Source: an uncultured Mucilaginibacter sp.
GTDB lineage: Bacteria; Bacteroidota; Bacteroidia; Sphingobacteriales; Sphingobacteriaceae
DNA length: 49,731 bases
Direction of reading: 5' to 3'
Assembly: GCA_965650195.1 (NCBI GenBank)
Contig: CBFGNU010000001.1
Coordinates: forward strand, 1-49,731
Positions 18,718 through 27,634 of the stretch are shown piece after piece (within the stretch, counting starts at the first letter, position 1; every line of letters begins with the position of its first letter). Made by a program: the position numbers and the translations under genes. The notes under the pieces are model-generated. The model did not search any database. It saw nothing but the letters and a program-made list of their open reading frames with translations, and was not told the DNA's origin.

Positions 18718-18824
18718 AATTCGGATTTCGGATGTTCGATTTCGGATTTAATTTATTGGGCTGACCGGGTTTAAAGTTTTAAATATATAACCAATTCCGA
18801 AATCGAACATCCGAAATTCGAAAT
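18718..18824. repeat. Inverted pair of ATTTCGG-heptamer repeat arms
   Basis: aattcggatttcggatgttcgatttcggattt (18718-18749) and near-perfect reverse complement (18793-18824). Confidence 0.9.
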
Positions 18825-18834
18825 AAAACAGCCC

Positions 18835-19536
18835 TTAGCGCGTGGGCAAAAGTAATTTATCCAGCCTGCGGCACTCCCGTTTTTTGAGCAGCGATACTGT
18901 CATAGCTACATCGGTTAAAGGGCGGTCATTCTTGTCTTTTTTTTCAGCGGCAATAAGGTCAACCATGTCGAGGCCGCTTACAACTTCGCCGTATACGGTG
19001 TAATTTTGATCTAAGTGCGGCGACCCGCCAACAGATTTATAAACCGCCCGTTGCGATGCCGGTATTTGCCTTCTCTTTAAACGGGTTTGGATCAATTTAT
19101 CAAGGTCTTCATCTGTAAATCGCTTACCTTCTACAATGTAAAACTGGCAGCCGCTTGATGCTTTACTCGGAAGATCATCCCGCGCAGCTGCTAAAACCCC
19201 ACGTTTGTGGAATAAGCTATCTCTAAATTCAGCCGGAATGGTATAACCTACATCTCCGTTACCCAGCTCCATACCCGGTTTATTTTTTGCGGGGTCCTTT
19301 GAGTCGGGATCGCCTCCCTGTATCATAAAGTTTTGAATAACCCTGTGGAATAGGGTGCCATTATAATGCCCTTTTTTGGTAAGTTTTATAAAATTGTCGC
19401 GGTGCAGTGGTGTTTCGTTATAAAGCCGAATAATGCATTCACCATACACTGTTTTTATACGAACGTAATGATTGGGCCGTTTTGCAAAGCTGCTAAAGGT
19501 TATAAGCAATAAGCAAAGGGTAAGCGCCTTCTTCAT
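18835..19536 (-). CDS. Cyclophilin-type peptidyl-prolyl isomerase (exported)
   Basis: Signal peptide, FHRVIQNFMIQGGDP, SGCQFYI, HLDQNYTVYGEV. Confidence 0.95.
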   Translation of the reverse strand: MKKALTLCLLLITFSSFAKRPNHYVRIKTVYGECIIRLYNETPLHRDNFIKLTKKGHYNGTLFHRVIQNFMIQGGDPDSKDPAKNKPGMELGNGDVGYTIPAEFRDSLFHKRGVLAAARDDLPSKASSGCQFYIVEGKRFTDEDLDKLIQTRLKRRQIPASQRAVYKSVGGSPHLDQNYTVYGEVVSGLDMVDLIAAEKKDKNDRPLTDVAMTVSLLKKRECRRLDKLLLPTR

Positions 19537-19877
19537 CCTTCCTGCTCTTCAAAATAGGTTACTATTAATGATTTCATCATCATCTCCTGCTCCAATAAAG
19601 AATAGCTGGGTATGGTTTTAACCAGTTTCCAGTGTGGCCATCCGTCCTGATCAAGGCCTTCTAATTCATAAAATCCCATCATACTCATTAGTCTGCAGGT
19701 GGCAATATGCATCAGTTCTTCCTTTTGCCGCTTGCTAAACTTCATTGGGCCCTGGCCCAGTTCCTGTACGCCTATTAAAAACAGCATCACTTTCACGTCA
19801 GGCGTATCGCTATCAAAATCCTGCGCTATACGTTGCTGTAACTCTTTCCATTTTTTGTTGATCTCGGCGGGTGTCAT
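19533..19877 (-). CDS. Conserved hypothetical protein of Bacteroidota type
   Basis: LFLIGVQELG, KEELMHIATC, DGWPHW; overlaps next start (ATGA). Confidence 0.8.
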   Translation of the reverse strand: MTPAEINKKWKELQQRIAQDFDSDTPDVKVMLFLIGVQELGQGPMKFSKRQKEELMHIATCRLMSMMGFYELEGLDQDGWPHWKLVKTIPSYSLLEQEMMMKSLIVTYFEEQEG

Positions 19878-19953
19878 GGCAGCAAATATACCAATGTTAA
19901 ATATACGGTGGCAGTAATTTGTGGGCGCGAATAATTTAGTTTTGGATTAAGCG

Positions 19954-20616
19954 CTAAAGGTCGGGTATCAGCAGGACGGCTCCCTCCCAGATCCGGTCGC
20001 TTATAAAGCGCATCCCTTTGTTTGAGGGATGGCTTGCAACACCCGGATTAGCAAACAAACCGCCAGCGAAATAAGTGGGATCGGGGTGCATTTCCGCTAA
20101 CGAAACATAACTGGAATATTTTTTCAACACCACGTCTGACATTTCCCTGTCGGGCCAGGCAGAGCCAACCGCTAATATCTTGATATTCGGGTTTCCGGCT
20201 TTAAAATAGTCTAATAGTTCTTTATACTTCTTTTCATAAAGCGCGGCATCACCCGTTCTGGTTACGTTTTCACCAATCCGCATTATTAAAAGGTCGGGTT
20301 TAAAATCGCGGTAGGTTTTAAGGTTGGCATCAACGTCGTAGGTGTCAAATTCATTTTCAAAGACCGCTATATTTTTCCAGACCAATTCATTGGCGGGGTC
20401 ACTTGCTTTAAGGCGCTTGGTCAATATGTGCACGTAGTCGCTATCCAGGGCGCTGGCAGCCATGCCCCAATTACCATTCCAACCTATGGATGGGGTTTGA
20501 GGCGCATAAGTAATACTATTACCAAAAACAACTACACGATAGGAAGGATTGGGTTTGCTTTTTTTACACCCCGCTATTACGAGTACTATGACGAAAAATA
20601 GTAGGAGGTTTCGCAT
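19954..20616 (-). CDS. SGNH/GDSL hydrolase lipoprotein
   Basis: Lipobox IAGC, FGNSIT block I, IGEN block III, SHPS block V. Confidence 0.85.
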   Translation of the reverse strand: MRNLLLFFVIVLVIAGCKKSKPNPSYRVVVFGNSITYAPQTPSIGWNGNWGMAASALDSDYVHILTKRLKASDPANELVWKNIAVFENEFDTYDVDANLKTYRDFKPDLLIMRIGENVTRTGDAALYEKKYKELLDYFKAGNPNIKILAVGSAWPDREMSDVVLKKYSSYVSLAEMHPDPTYFAGGLFANPGVASHPSNKGMRFISDRIWEGAVLLIPDL

Positions 20617-20619
20617 AGA

Positions 20620-20991
20620 TCACTCACTGTCTGGCTGGCGCTCTTCTTTGCTTATTTTGTCGAAAATTTTATCCATGCGCTCAACATATTCGCTGGTATC
20701 ATCAACAAAAAACTCCAACTGCGGCACTATCCTTACCTGGTCCTTAATACGGGCGCCCAGTTTATACCTTATCTCTGAAGCGTGCGATTTTATAATATGC
20801 AGCGCCTGCGCCATGTTAGTGTTGTTAAAAAAGCTTAAAAAAATGCGGGCAATGGCCAGATCGGGCGTAACACGCACTTTAGTGATAGTTACCAGCGTGT
20901 TCGGCAAATAATTCATGCCTTCGCGTTGAAATATGGCCGCAAGATCTTCCTGAATTACTCCGGCAAATTTTTGTTGACGTTTTGATTCCAT
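20620..20991 (-). CDS. rbfA: 30S ribosome-binding factor A
   Basis: MESKRQQK, VTITKVRVTPDL, RIVPQLEFFVDD. Confidence 0.95.
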   Translation of the reverse strand: MESKRQQKFAGVIQEDLAAIFQREGMNYLPNTLVTITKVRVTPDLAIARIFLSFFNNTNMAQALHIIKSHASEIRYKLGARIKDQVRIVPQLEFFVDDTSEYVERMDKIFDKISKEERQPDSE

Positions 20992-21078
20992 AGTTTATTA
21001 TTTAACGCCAAACAGGCAAATGAGTTTTAATACAAATAAAGCAATTAAATCTAATTTTAAAAGATTAGATGCTTGTGC

Positions 21079-21468
21079 TTACTTACAAATATCCGCCGGG
21101 ATATCCTTTTTAATGCTGATAACTTTTCTGACAGTTAGTGTACTGTCAAAAGCGGATGCCGGACCTTCTTTACCCGAAGGCTTTATATCACCTTCAACTT
21201 CTATATAAACAGATTCATAAGGTTTATCAGAACTTAGTTGGGTGTATTGCAGCTCCAGCTTAGCCGAACTATCAGCAGTCCAGTATTCCTTACCGGTACT
21301 GCAATCAACAAAAAGCGCAGCCTCCGGGCCAAAGCTGTACAGGCCTTTTATAGTAACAGGTTTATTTGTGGCTGCTTTTTTATCTTTCTTATCCCCATGG
21401 CATGCGGCCACAAAGATGGTCAGTAAAAAGATCAGACCACAAAACTTACTTGAACTTAAACCGCGCAT
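21079..21468 (-). CDS. Lipoprotein, probable NlpE C-terminal OB-like domain
   Basis: Lipobox VAAC; GLYSFG..FVDCSTGKEY..VYIEVEG pattern; terminal Cys. Confidence 0.65.
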   Translation of the reverse strand: MRGLSSSKFCGLIFLLTIFVAACHGDKKDKKAATNKPVTIKGLYSFGPEAALFVDCSTGKEYWTADSSAKLELQYTQLSSDKPYESVYIEVEGDIKPSGKEGPASAFDSTLTVRKVISIKKDIPADICK

Positions 21469-21477
21469 ATTGTAAAA

Positions 21478-22704
21478 TTACAAATCGTGTTTGATATCGT
21501 CTAATCCTTTAACACTTAAACGGGAACTAATTGCTGATGCTATTACAGAAATAACACTCACGGTTGCCAAAACCAATATAAAATCGCGTGCAAGGATTTT
21601 AATCGGATACCCATCAATAACAGCCACATTTTCGCTCATTTTTATAAAGCCGTAATGCTGCTGTAGTAAACAAAATATAAGCCCTACCACCAAGCCTAAT
21701 ACACATCCAATCATGGCTATCATCATGCCTTCAAAAAAGAAGATGCGTTTTATCAGGCTTTTATCAGCACCAATGCTGGTTAAAATGGCTATGTCCTGCT
21801 TTTTATCCATAACCAGCATGGTTAAAGTGCCTATAATGTTAAAGATGGCAACTATCAGCACAAAAGTAAGGATCATAAAAATAGACCAGCGCTCGAAATT
21901 GAGCGTTTTATATAACTCAACGTTTTGCTGCCTGCGGTTTTTTACCACAAAAGCATCGCCCAGTTTTTCCTGAATTTCTTCTTGTATCTGATCGATATCC
22001 GCGCCTTGCTTGAAGGTTAACTCTAATGAAGATACCTGGTTTGGTTCATCCAACAGGTCGCGCGCAAAATCAAGCGAAACCACGACGATATCATCAAACT
22101 CCTGCTGAATAGCAAACACACCCGAGGGATATATAAAGGCTTGCCTGAACGCATCCATAGGGTTAACAGAATTACCCGCTGTTCGCCGCGGCGAATAGAT
22201 GATCATCGGCGTGAGCTCATCATGTACATTAACCGACAAACTATTTTGTACCGCGGTACCAATAACGGCAAATGGTTTATTCCCGGCTTTTAAAACAAAG
22301 CCACCATCCTGTATAGCACTGTCAAGGTTGGTGTTTTTTAAGAAATCATCGCTCATGCCTTTTATATTGGCAATAAAGGTTTTGTCGCGATACTTGACCA
22401 TCCCTTTTTCCTCAAGCGCCTGGGTGTAAGAGAATATGCGCTCATCTTTTCTCAGCGAATTAAAGTAAGGGGTTTCCGGGTTAAAAGTTTTACCCATGCG
22501 CGCCTCAATTTTTAGCTCGGGCGTAAAATTGCTGTACAGTTTGAGGATAACGTCTTCCAGCCCGTTAAATGCTGACAGGATGACGAAAAGTGTAGCGCTG
22601 CCGATAAAAACACCCACCATTGAAATACCCGAAATGATATTAATAGCGTTCGTTTTCTTTTTTGCAAAAAGATATCGTTTGGCTATGTAGATGGAGGTGT
22701 TCAA
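21478..22704 (-). CDS. LolC/E-like (FtsX/MacB family) ABC transporter permease
   Basis: IAKRYL, LSAFNG, AIFNIIGTLTMLVMDK..IAIL..GA, FFEG motifs. Confidence 0.9.
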   Translation of the reverse strand: MNTSIYIAKRYLFAKKKTNAINIISGISMVGVFIGSATLFVILSAFNGLEDVILKLYSNFTPELKIEARMGKTFNPETPYFNSLRKDERIFSYTQALEEKGMVKYRDKTFIANIKGMSDDFLKNTNLDSAIQDGGFVLKAGNKPFAVIGTAVQNSLSVNVHDELTPMIIYSPRRTAGNSVNPMDAFRQAFIYPSGVFAIQQEFDDIVVVSLDFARDLLDEPNQVSSLELTFKQGADIDQIQEEIQEKLGDAFVVKNRRQQNVELYKTLNFERWSIFMILTFVLIVAIFNIIGTLTMLVMDKKQDIAILTSIGADKSLIKRIFFFEGMMIAMIGCVLGLVVGLIFCLLQQHYGFIKMSENVAVIDGYPIKILARDFILVLATVSVISVIASAISSRLSVKGLDDIKHDL

Positions 22705-22706
22705 TT

Positions 22707-22798
22707 GGGTTGTAAGTTATACGTATTACGTTGTACGTTTTTTAAAGCAGATCAATCACAAAACTACATAAAACGTATAACGTTATACGTACAACCCC
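22707..22798. repeat. Inverted pair of TTRTACG-heptamer repeat arms
   Basis: ggg ttgtaag ttatacg tattacg ttgtacg tttt (22707-22741) and reverse-complement arm 22770-22798. Confidence 0.8.
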
Positions 22799-22806
22799 AA
22801 CAATAG

Positions 22807-23445
22807 CTAAGAAAAAAACGGATTGTACAGCCTTTCAAAACCAATGGTGGTTTCGGGCCCATGACCGGGATAAACCACACAATCGTCGGGCAGTGTAAAT
22901 AGCTTTTCGCGGATGTTGGTTATTAATTGCTCATGGTTGCCACCCGGCAAATCAGTGCGGCCGATGCTGCCTCTAAATAAAACATCGCCACCAATAAGTT
23001 GGTTGGCCTTCTCGTCATAAAAGCATAAGTGTGCAGGCGAATGGCCCGGACAAAAAATAAGCTGCAGCGATGCGTTGCCAAAGGTCAACCATCCTTCATC
23101 TGATAAAAATTCATCGGGCAGCGGTGATGGATCATAATGCAGGCCAAACTGAGGCGCATAAGCTACAACAGCTTCTAACACCTCCATTTCCCCCTGATGG
23201 AACCGCGGCTTTAATCCATACAGATCAAACACCAGTTTGTTACCCAATACGTGATCGATGTGGCAATGTGTATTAAGCAAGGCGACCGGTTTTAAAGCGT
23301 GATCCTTAATAAAATTTACAACAGCATTTTGTTCAGACGCGGTATACATACCCGGATCGATTATCACGCATTCTGCGGTATCATCATATAAAATGTAGGT
23401 GTTTTCTTCGAAAGGATTATTAGGGAATATTTCAATAGCAGCCAT
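22807..23445 (-). CDS. MBL-fold metallo-hydrolase (glyoxalase II/YcbL-like)
   Basis: IDPG, THCHIDH (HxHxDH), PGHS, GDVLF, GRTDL, PGHG; start at ATG 23445. Confidence 0.93.
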   Translation of the reverse strand: MAAIEIFPNNPFEENTYILYDDTAECVIIDPGMYTASEQNAVVNFIKDHALKPVALLNTHCHIDHVLGNKLVFDLYGLKPRFHQGEMEVLEAVVAYAPQFGLHYDPSPLPDEFLSDEGWLTFGNASLQLIFCPGHSPAHLCFYDEKANQLIGGDVLFRGSIGRTDLPGGNHEQLITNIREKLFTLPDDCVVYPGHGPETTIGFERLYNPFFS

Positions 23446-23447
23446 GG

Positions 23448-23585
23448 CGGATTTCGGATTTCGGATGTTCAATTTCGAATTTGTTGAATCATCGCATGTT
23501 TTTATTTGGGATTTATTAACTGTTAATAGACGATTATAAGTGCGATTGGGAAAAATCCGAAATTGAACATCCGAAATCCGACATC
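23448..23585. repeat. Inverted pair of ATTTCGG-heptamer repeat arms (second locus)
   Basis: cggatttcggatttcggatgttcaatttcgaattt (23448-23482) and aaatccgaaattgaacatccgaaatccgacatc (23553-23585). Confidence 0.9.
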
Positions 23586-23589
23586 AAAA

Positions 23590-24186
23590 TCATTTCCATT
23601 TAAAGCTTTTTATCATCATATCCACATCCTGCTTCACAAATTTTAGTACAGGTTGTATGGAGTCAAGCCGGGGCTCGCTATTAAAGTACAATGCGCCGCG
23701 CAAATAGTTTTTAACACTGTCGGTTAAATAGAATTGCACAGACGATGCCGCATTGCCATCAATGGTATAATAGATGCCATAAACCTTACGCTCGGGATAG
23801 CGTATTATACCTTCATCAATGCTGGTTGCTTTAACGGTGTGTTTAAAAGCGAACTTGTGCGCGTCTTCAACTAATTTATCGAATACCTTTTTATTGGGAA
23901 TGGTCTCATAGCTGAGGTGCAACGTGGCATTAAACTGCGGAAACTGCATATTCAATAAGGTCTGCATGTTTACCAACTTGCCGGCGGGGCGCGACAGGCT
24001 GTCCCGCTCCATCACAGCGTATTTGGGATACTCGAATGTAAATGGATTATCAGAAACGTATTGTTGATAGCCGCGCTCCGGAAATTCTATTCTGTAATAA
24101 CCGCGTGGCTTAGGCGCATAGTCCGCCTCGCCGCCGCAGGCAGTTATAAAAAGCAAAGCAACAAATATCAAAAAATACCACTTCAC
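23590..24186 (-). CDS. gldD: Gliding motility lipoprotein GldD
   Basis: Lipobox ITAC, PKPRGYYRIEFP, KHTVKA, GNAASSVQFYLTDS, LRGALYF; GTG start overlapping aroE stop. Confidence 0.92.
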   Translation of the reverse strand: MKWYFLIFVALLFITACGGEADYAPKPRGYYRIEFPERGYQQYVSDNPFTFEYPKYAVMERDSLSRPAGKLVNMQTLLNMQFPQFNATLHLSYETIPNKKVFDKLVEDAHKFAFKHTVKATSIDEGIIRYPERKVYGIYYTIDGNAASSVQFYLTDSVKNYLRGALYFNSEPRLDSIQPVLKFVKQDVDMMIKSFKWK

Positions 24187-24983
24187 GGATGTTTCTCCTC
24201 CGAATTCCATATTTCCCATGATTTTTCTGCCTGTAGCAGTAGCATTTCATAACCATTTTTGGTTGCTGCGCCGTGCTCTCTGCCATGTTTTAAAAAAACC
24301 GTTTCTTCCGGGTTGTATATCAGATCGTAAAGCAAATGATCTTTCGTGATCGCTTCATACGGGATCGGCGGAAATTCATCAACATTAGGGTAGGTGCCTA
24401 GCGGCGTAGTGTTGATTATCAGCTTATGATTTTTAATATGATGCGGCTTAAGGTCTTTAAATAAAATATTGCTGCCTTGGGCCTTACGAGTTACTGTACG
24501 GTAAGGTATTTCCAGGTTTTCCAATATACATTTAACCGCCTGTGCTGCGCCGCCATCGCCTAATATCAGCGCCGTTTCATGGTGCCTTTTAAGTAGCGGT
24601 TTTAAAGACATTTCAAACCCATACAGATCAGTATTATAACCCTCTAGCCTGAAATCGTGATCTTTAACACCAACTTCACCGGAGAAAGCTGCCAAAACAG
24701 GGCTTTCCTTTTTTATACGCAGGCAATTAACGGCACCGGCCTTACGGGCATCATGCTCTACCCAATCCAGGTAACGTAGCACATTTTTTTTATGCGGAAC
24801 GGTAACGTTTAAGCCTAGAAGTCCGGGATTATCATCCAACAGATCTTGTAAACCTTTAATATCCTCTAAAGGATAATTATCATAAACAGCATCGGTAATA
24901 TTTTCCTGCTTAAATTTTTCAGCAAAATACTTTTTTGAGAAAGAGTGCGAAAGCGGAAAGCCGATCAATCCGTAATATTTCAT
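24183..24983 (-). CDS. aroE: Shikimate dehydrogenase
   Basis: GFPLSHSFS, GLNVTVPHK, GAVN, GYNTD, LGDGGAA, INTTPLG, DLIYNP, GYEMLLLQA. Confidence 0.95.
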   Translation of the reverse strand: MKYYGLIGFPLSHSFSKKYFAEKFKQENITDAVYDNYPLEDIKGLQDLLDDNPGLLGLNVTVPHKKNVLRYLDWVEHDARKAGAVNCLRIKKESPVLAAFSGEVGVKDHDFRLEGYNTDLYGFEMSLKPLLKRHHETALILGDGGAAQAVKCILENLEIPYRTVTRKAQGSNILFKDLKPHHIKNHKLIINTTPLGTYPNVDEFPPIPYEAITKDHLLYDLIYNPEETVFLKHGREHGAATKNGYEMLLLQAEKSWEIWNSEEKHP

Positions 24984-25020
24984 GCTGTAATATTAGTGAT
25001 TTTAGTTGGCTTTACCAGTT

Positions 25021-25106
25021 GGTGGCGGCCGCAGTAGCGGTTGCGGTTTTCGATTTTATGTTGTAACGGAATGAAAACAACTGCCACTGCTACCGCCACT
25101 CAAAAC
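25021..25106. repeat. Imperfect inverted pair of GCRGTN hexamer repeats
   Basis: ggtggcggccgcagtagcggttgcggttttc versus gaaaacaactgccactgctaccgccact in the aroE/SDR divergent spacer. Confidence 0.6.
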
Positions 25107-25142
25107 TAAATAACATATATTTGGCGCAAAAAATCACTCCCA

Positions 25143-25952
25143 ATGAGTAAAGTAATTTTGGTTACCGGCGCATCATCAGGCATTGGCCTGGCCAGCGCTA
25201 TCGCCCTGCATAATGCAGGCCATACCGTTTATGGCACCACACGTAGCATTGCGAAAGCGAAAAACGTACCCTTTAAGTTAATAGAGCTGGATGTTACCAG
25301 TGATGAATCTGCAGATGCGGCAGTAGCCTCAATAATTAAAGCGGAGGGTAAAATTGATATTTTGGTAAACAATGCCGGCAATGGCATTGCCGGCCCTGCT
25401 TATGCTATGCCCGTCGAAAAAGCCAAGCAACAGTTTGAAGTGAATTTTTTTGGCGTGGTGCGCATGTGTAGCAAAGTGATACCTGAAATGCTTAAAAAGA
25501 ACGCTGGTACCGTTGTTAATATCAGCTCGTTAGGCGGTTTGTTTGGCTTGCCCTACCAAAGCATGTACAGTGCGTCAAAATATGCAATTGAAGGTTATTC
25601 AGAAAGCATGCGTATGGAACTGGTTAAGACAGGGATAAAAATTGTCACTATTAACCCCGGCGACTTTAAATCAGACTTTAGCAGCAACCGCGAGAAAATA
25701 CCTTTTACGGTGGATAACGCCATATTAAAAAGCCAATACGACGTTGCTGTTGCCAGCATGGAGAAGGATGAAGCCGCAGGGTCTAATCCGCAGGCTATAG
25801 GTAAGCAGTTGGTTAAAATTGTTGAGCAATCAAGCCCATCCCGCCAATATTTGGTAGGAGCAATCGGGCAAACTATCGCGGTAACGCTAAAAAAAGCGCT
25901 GCCGGGCGGTTTGTTTGAGAAGCTGATGGCGGATCATTACGGGATAAAATAA
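25143..25952 (+). CDS. SDR-family oxidoreductase
   Basis: TGASSGIG, NNAG, YSASK (YxxxK). Confidence 0.93.
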   Translation: MSKVILVTGASSGIGLASAIALHNAGHTVYGTTRSIAKAKNVPFKLIELDVTSDESADAAVASIIKAEGKIDILVNNAGNGIAGPAYAMPVEKAKQQFEVNFFGVVRMCSKVIPEMLKKNAGTVVNISSLGGLFGLPYQSMYSASKYAIEGYSESMRMELVKTGIKIVTINPGDFKSDFSSNREKIPFTVDNAILKSQYDVAVASMEKDEAAGSNPQAIGKQLVKIVEQSSPSRQYLVGAIGQTIAVTLKKALPGGLFEKLMADHYGIK

Positions 25953-25964
25953 ATAACTAGTGTG

Positions 25965-26046
25965 TGTCATTGCGAGGTACGAAGCAATCGCGAACTTTGC
26001 TTGTCGGCCTTGCATACTTGCGATTGCTTCGTACCTCGCAATGACA
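25965..26046. repeat. REP-like element, perfect 27-bp inverted repeat (GTCATTGCGAG type)
   Basis: tgtcattgcgaggtacgaagcaatcgc (25965-25991) and exact reverse complement (26020-26046), 28-nt spacer. Confidence 0.9.
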
Positions 26047-26064
26047 GTATTTATATAATTAAAA

Positions 26065-26715
26065 GTGGGAAAAGATAAACTCAGGCGATTTGCCGAGATA
26101 GAAGACTTCAGCAATGTTTTTCAGTTGGATGAAGGTAAGCCATTAAGGGGTAACTGGGCAAAGGAATTTTTCAAGAACAGCAATCCAGTTGTACTTGAAC
26201 TGGCTTGCGGCAAGGGTGAATACACAGTTAACCTGGCGCAACTGTTTCCGGATAAGAACTTTATAGGAGTTGATTACAAAGGCAACCGCATTTGGCGCGG
26301 CGCCAAAACCGCCTTGGAAGATGGCGTGAATAACGTAGCCTTTTTACGGATCCAGATAGAAAACCTTATCGATTATTTTTCAAAAGGAGAGGTGGATGAG
26401 ATCTGGATAACCTTCCCTGATCCGCAGCCACAGCTTAGTCGCGAAAAGAAGCGACTTACATCGCCCCGTTTCTTAGAACAATACCGGGAAGTGCTCAGAC
26501 CAGGCGGTGCTATTAACCTTAAAACCGATAACGACGGTTTTTATGCCTATACATCGCAGATGATAACCGAACTCGGTTTAAGGCTGCATATAGACACAGA
26601 CGACCTATACAATTCTGATTTTGCTGATGAAGTTTTGTCTATAAAAACCTACTACGAAAAAAAATATTTGGCTCATAACAAAAATATTAACTACCTTAAG
26701 TTTTCCTTTCAATAA
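26065..26715 (+). CDS. trmB: tRNA (guanine-N7)-methyltransferase
   Basis: LELACGKGEY, WITFPDP, RLTS, LKTD, TYYE motifs. Confidence 0.95.
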   Translation: MGKDKLRRFAEIEDFSNVFQLDEGKPLRGNWAKEFFKNSNPVVLELACGKGEYTVNLAQLFPDKNFIGVDYKGNRIWRGAKTALEDGVNNVAFLRIQIENLIDYFSKGEVDEIWITFPDPQPQLSREKKRLTSPRFLEQYREVLRPGGAINLKTDNDGFYAYTSQMITELGLRLHIDTDDLYNSDFADEVLSIKTYYEKKYLAHNKNINYLKFSFQ

Positions 26716-26718
26716 CTG

Positions 26719-27051
26719 ATGCCCGAATACGGCTTTTTTGATAATGTGTATGATGTGGCCCGTCAAATACCGGCTGGTCGCGTTACATCCTATGGTGCAA
26801 TAGCCAACTACCTGGGCACCAAAGGTTCATCACGTATGGTTGGATATGCAATGCAGGCAGCAGGATCGGCCAATCCACCGGTACCTGCGCATCGTGTTGT
26901 TAACCGCCAAGGCTTATTAACGGCAAAATTTCATTTTGGTGGCGATACCATGCAACGTTTACTGGAAGCCGAAGGGGTAAAAGTAAAAGACGATCAGGTA
27001 CAGGATTTTAAAACTGTTTTCTGGGATCCTGCCATCGAACTGGCCTTATAA
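26719..27051 (+). CDS. MGMT-family alkyltransferase-like DNA-binding protein
   Basis: IPAGRVTSYGAIA, SRMVG, PAHRVV (no catalytic Cys, ATL-like). Confidence 0.88.
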   Translation: MPEYGFFDNVYDVARQIPAGRVTSYGAIANYLGTKGSSRMVGYAMQAAGSANPPVPAHRVVNRQGLLTAKFHFGGDTMQRLLEAEGVKVKDDQVQDFKTVFWDPAIELAL

Positions 27052-27056
27052 AAACG

Positions 27057-27536
27057 TTATTCACGGTCCTTGTAAACGCCAAATAACTCGTTGATAGCTT
27101 TCTCACGGTAGTCGAAAATTTTGTCTATCTCTTTCCTAACCAATATTTTGTTGGCCAATCTGCCTATAAATCCATACGGAATGGCATAGTTTAAAATATC
27201 CGTCATTTGTACGCCACCCTTAATTTCTTTAAAGTGGTGCTCGTGGTGCCATATAGCATAAGGGCCAACCCGCTGCTCGTCTACAAAATATTTATGGTCT
27301 TTTACCTGGGTTATCTCGGTCATCCAGTTGAGTTTAATACCTAGTAAAGGTGATACCTTATAGGTGATTATCATGCCCGGATAGATGCGGTCATCGGCTG
27401 CATAAACAGATGTTACCTTAAAGGCCATCTGCGGCGGCGTTATCTTTACAAGGTTTATGGGCGATGTAAAAAAATCCCAGGTTTCGGCTAAAGGGATCGG
27501 AAGTTTCTGCTCAAATTTAAGATGGTATGTTTTCAC
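27057..27536 (-). CDS. SRPBCC-family protein
   Basis: WDFF..NL..ITPP, WMTEIT, FVDEQRVGPYAIWHHEH, IFDYR. Confidence 0.88.
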   Translation of the reverse strand: MKTYHLKFEQKLPIPLAETWDFFTSPINLVKITPPQMAFKVTSVYAADDRIYPGMIITYKVSPLLGIKLNWMTEITQVKDHKYFVDEQRVGPYAIWHHEHHFKEIKGGVQMTDILNYAIPYGFIGRLANKILVRKEIDKIFDYREKAINELFGVYKDRE

Positions 27537-27634
27537 GCCCGAAGCTGCTCAAAAAGTCAGCCACGAATAGCCTCAAAGCTAAAAAGCATCAATGTTAATT
27601 TTATTAAATATATTTATTCGCTAAAACCCTTGTC

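Noticed and set aside
23446..23472. N-terminal extension MNIRNPKSA of the MBL hydrolase
   Set aside because: It is a translation of the heptamer repeat from a TTG; ATG 23445 gives a normal-length protein.
23590..24186. gldD as evidence of a gliding-motility locus
   Set aside because: Only one gld gene is present, inside a housekeeping operon; no gldE or motor/T9SS genes are in the window.
25887..26114. 75-aa minus-strand ORF
   Set aside because: Overlaps SDR and trmB antisense and translates the REP palindrome (VIARYEAI..IASYLAMT).
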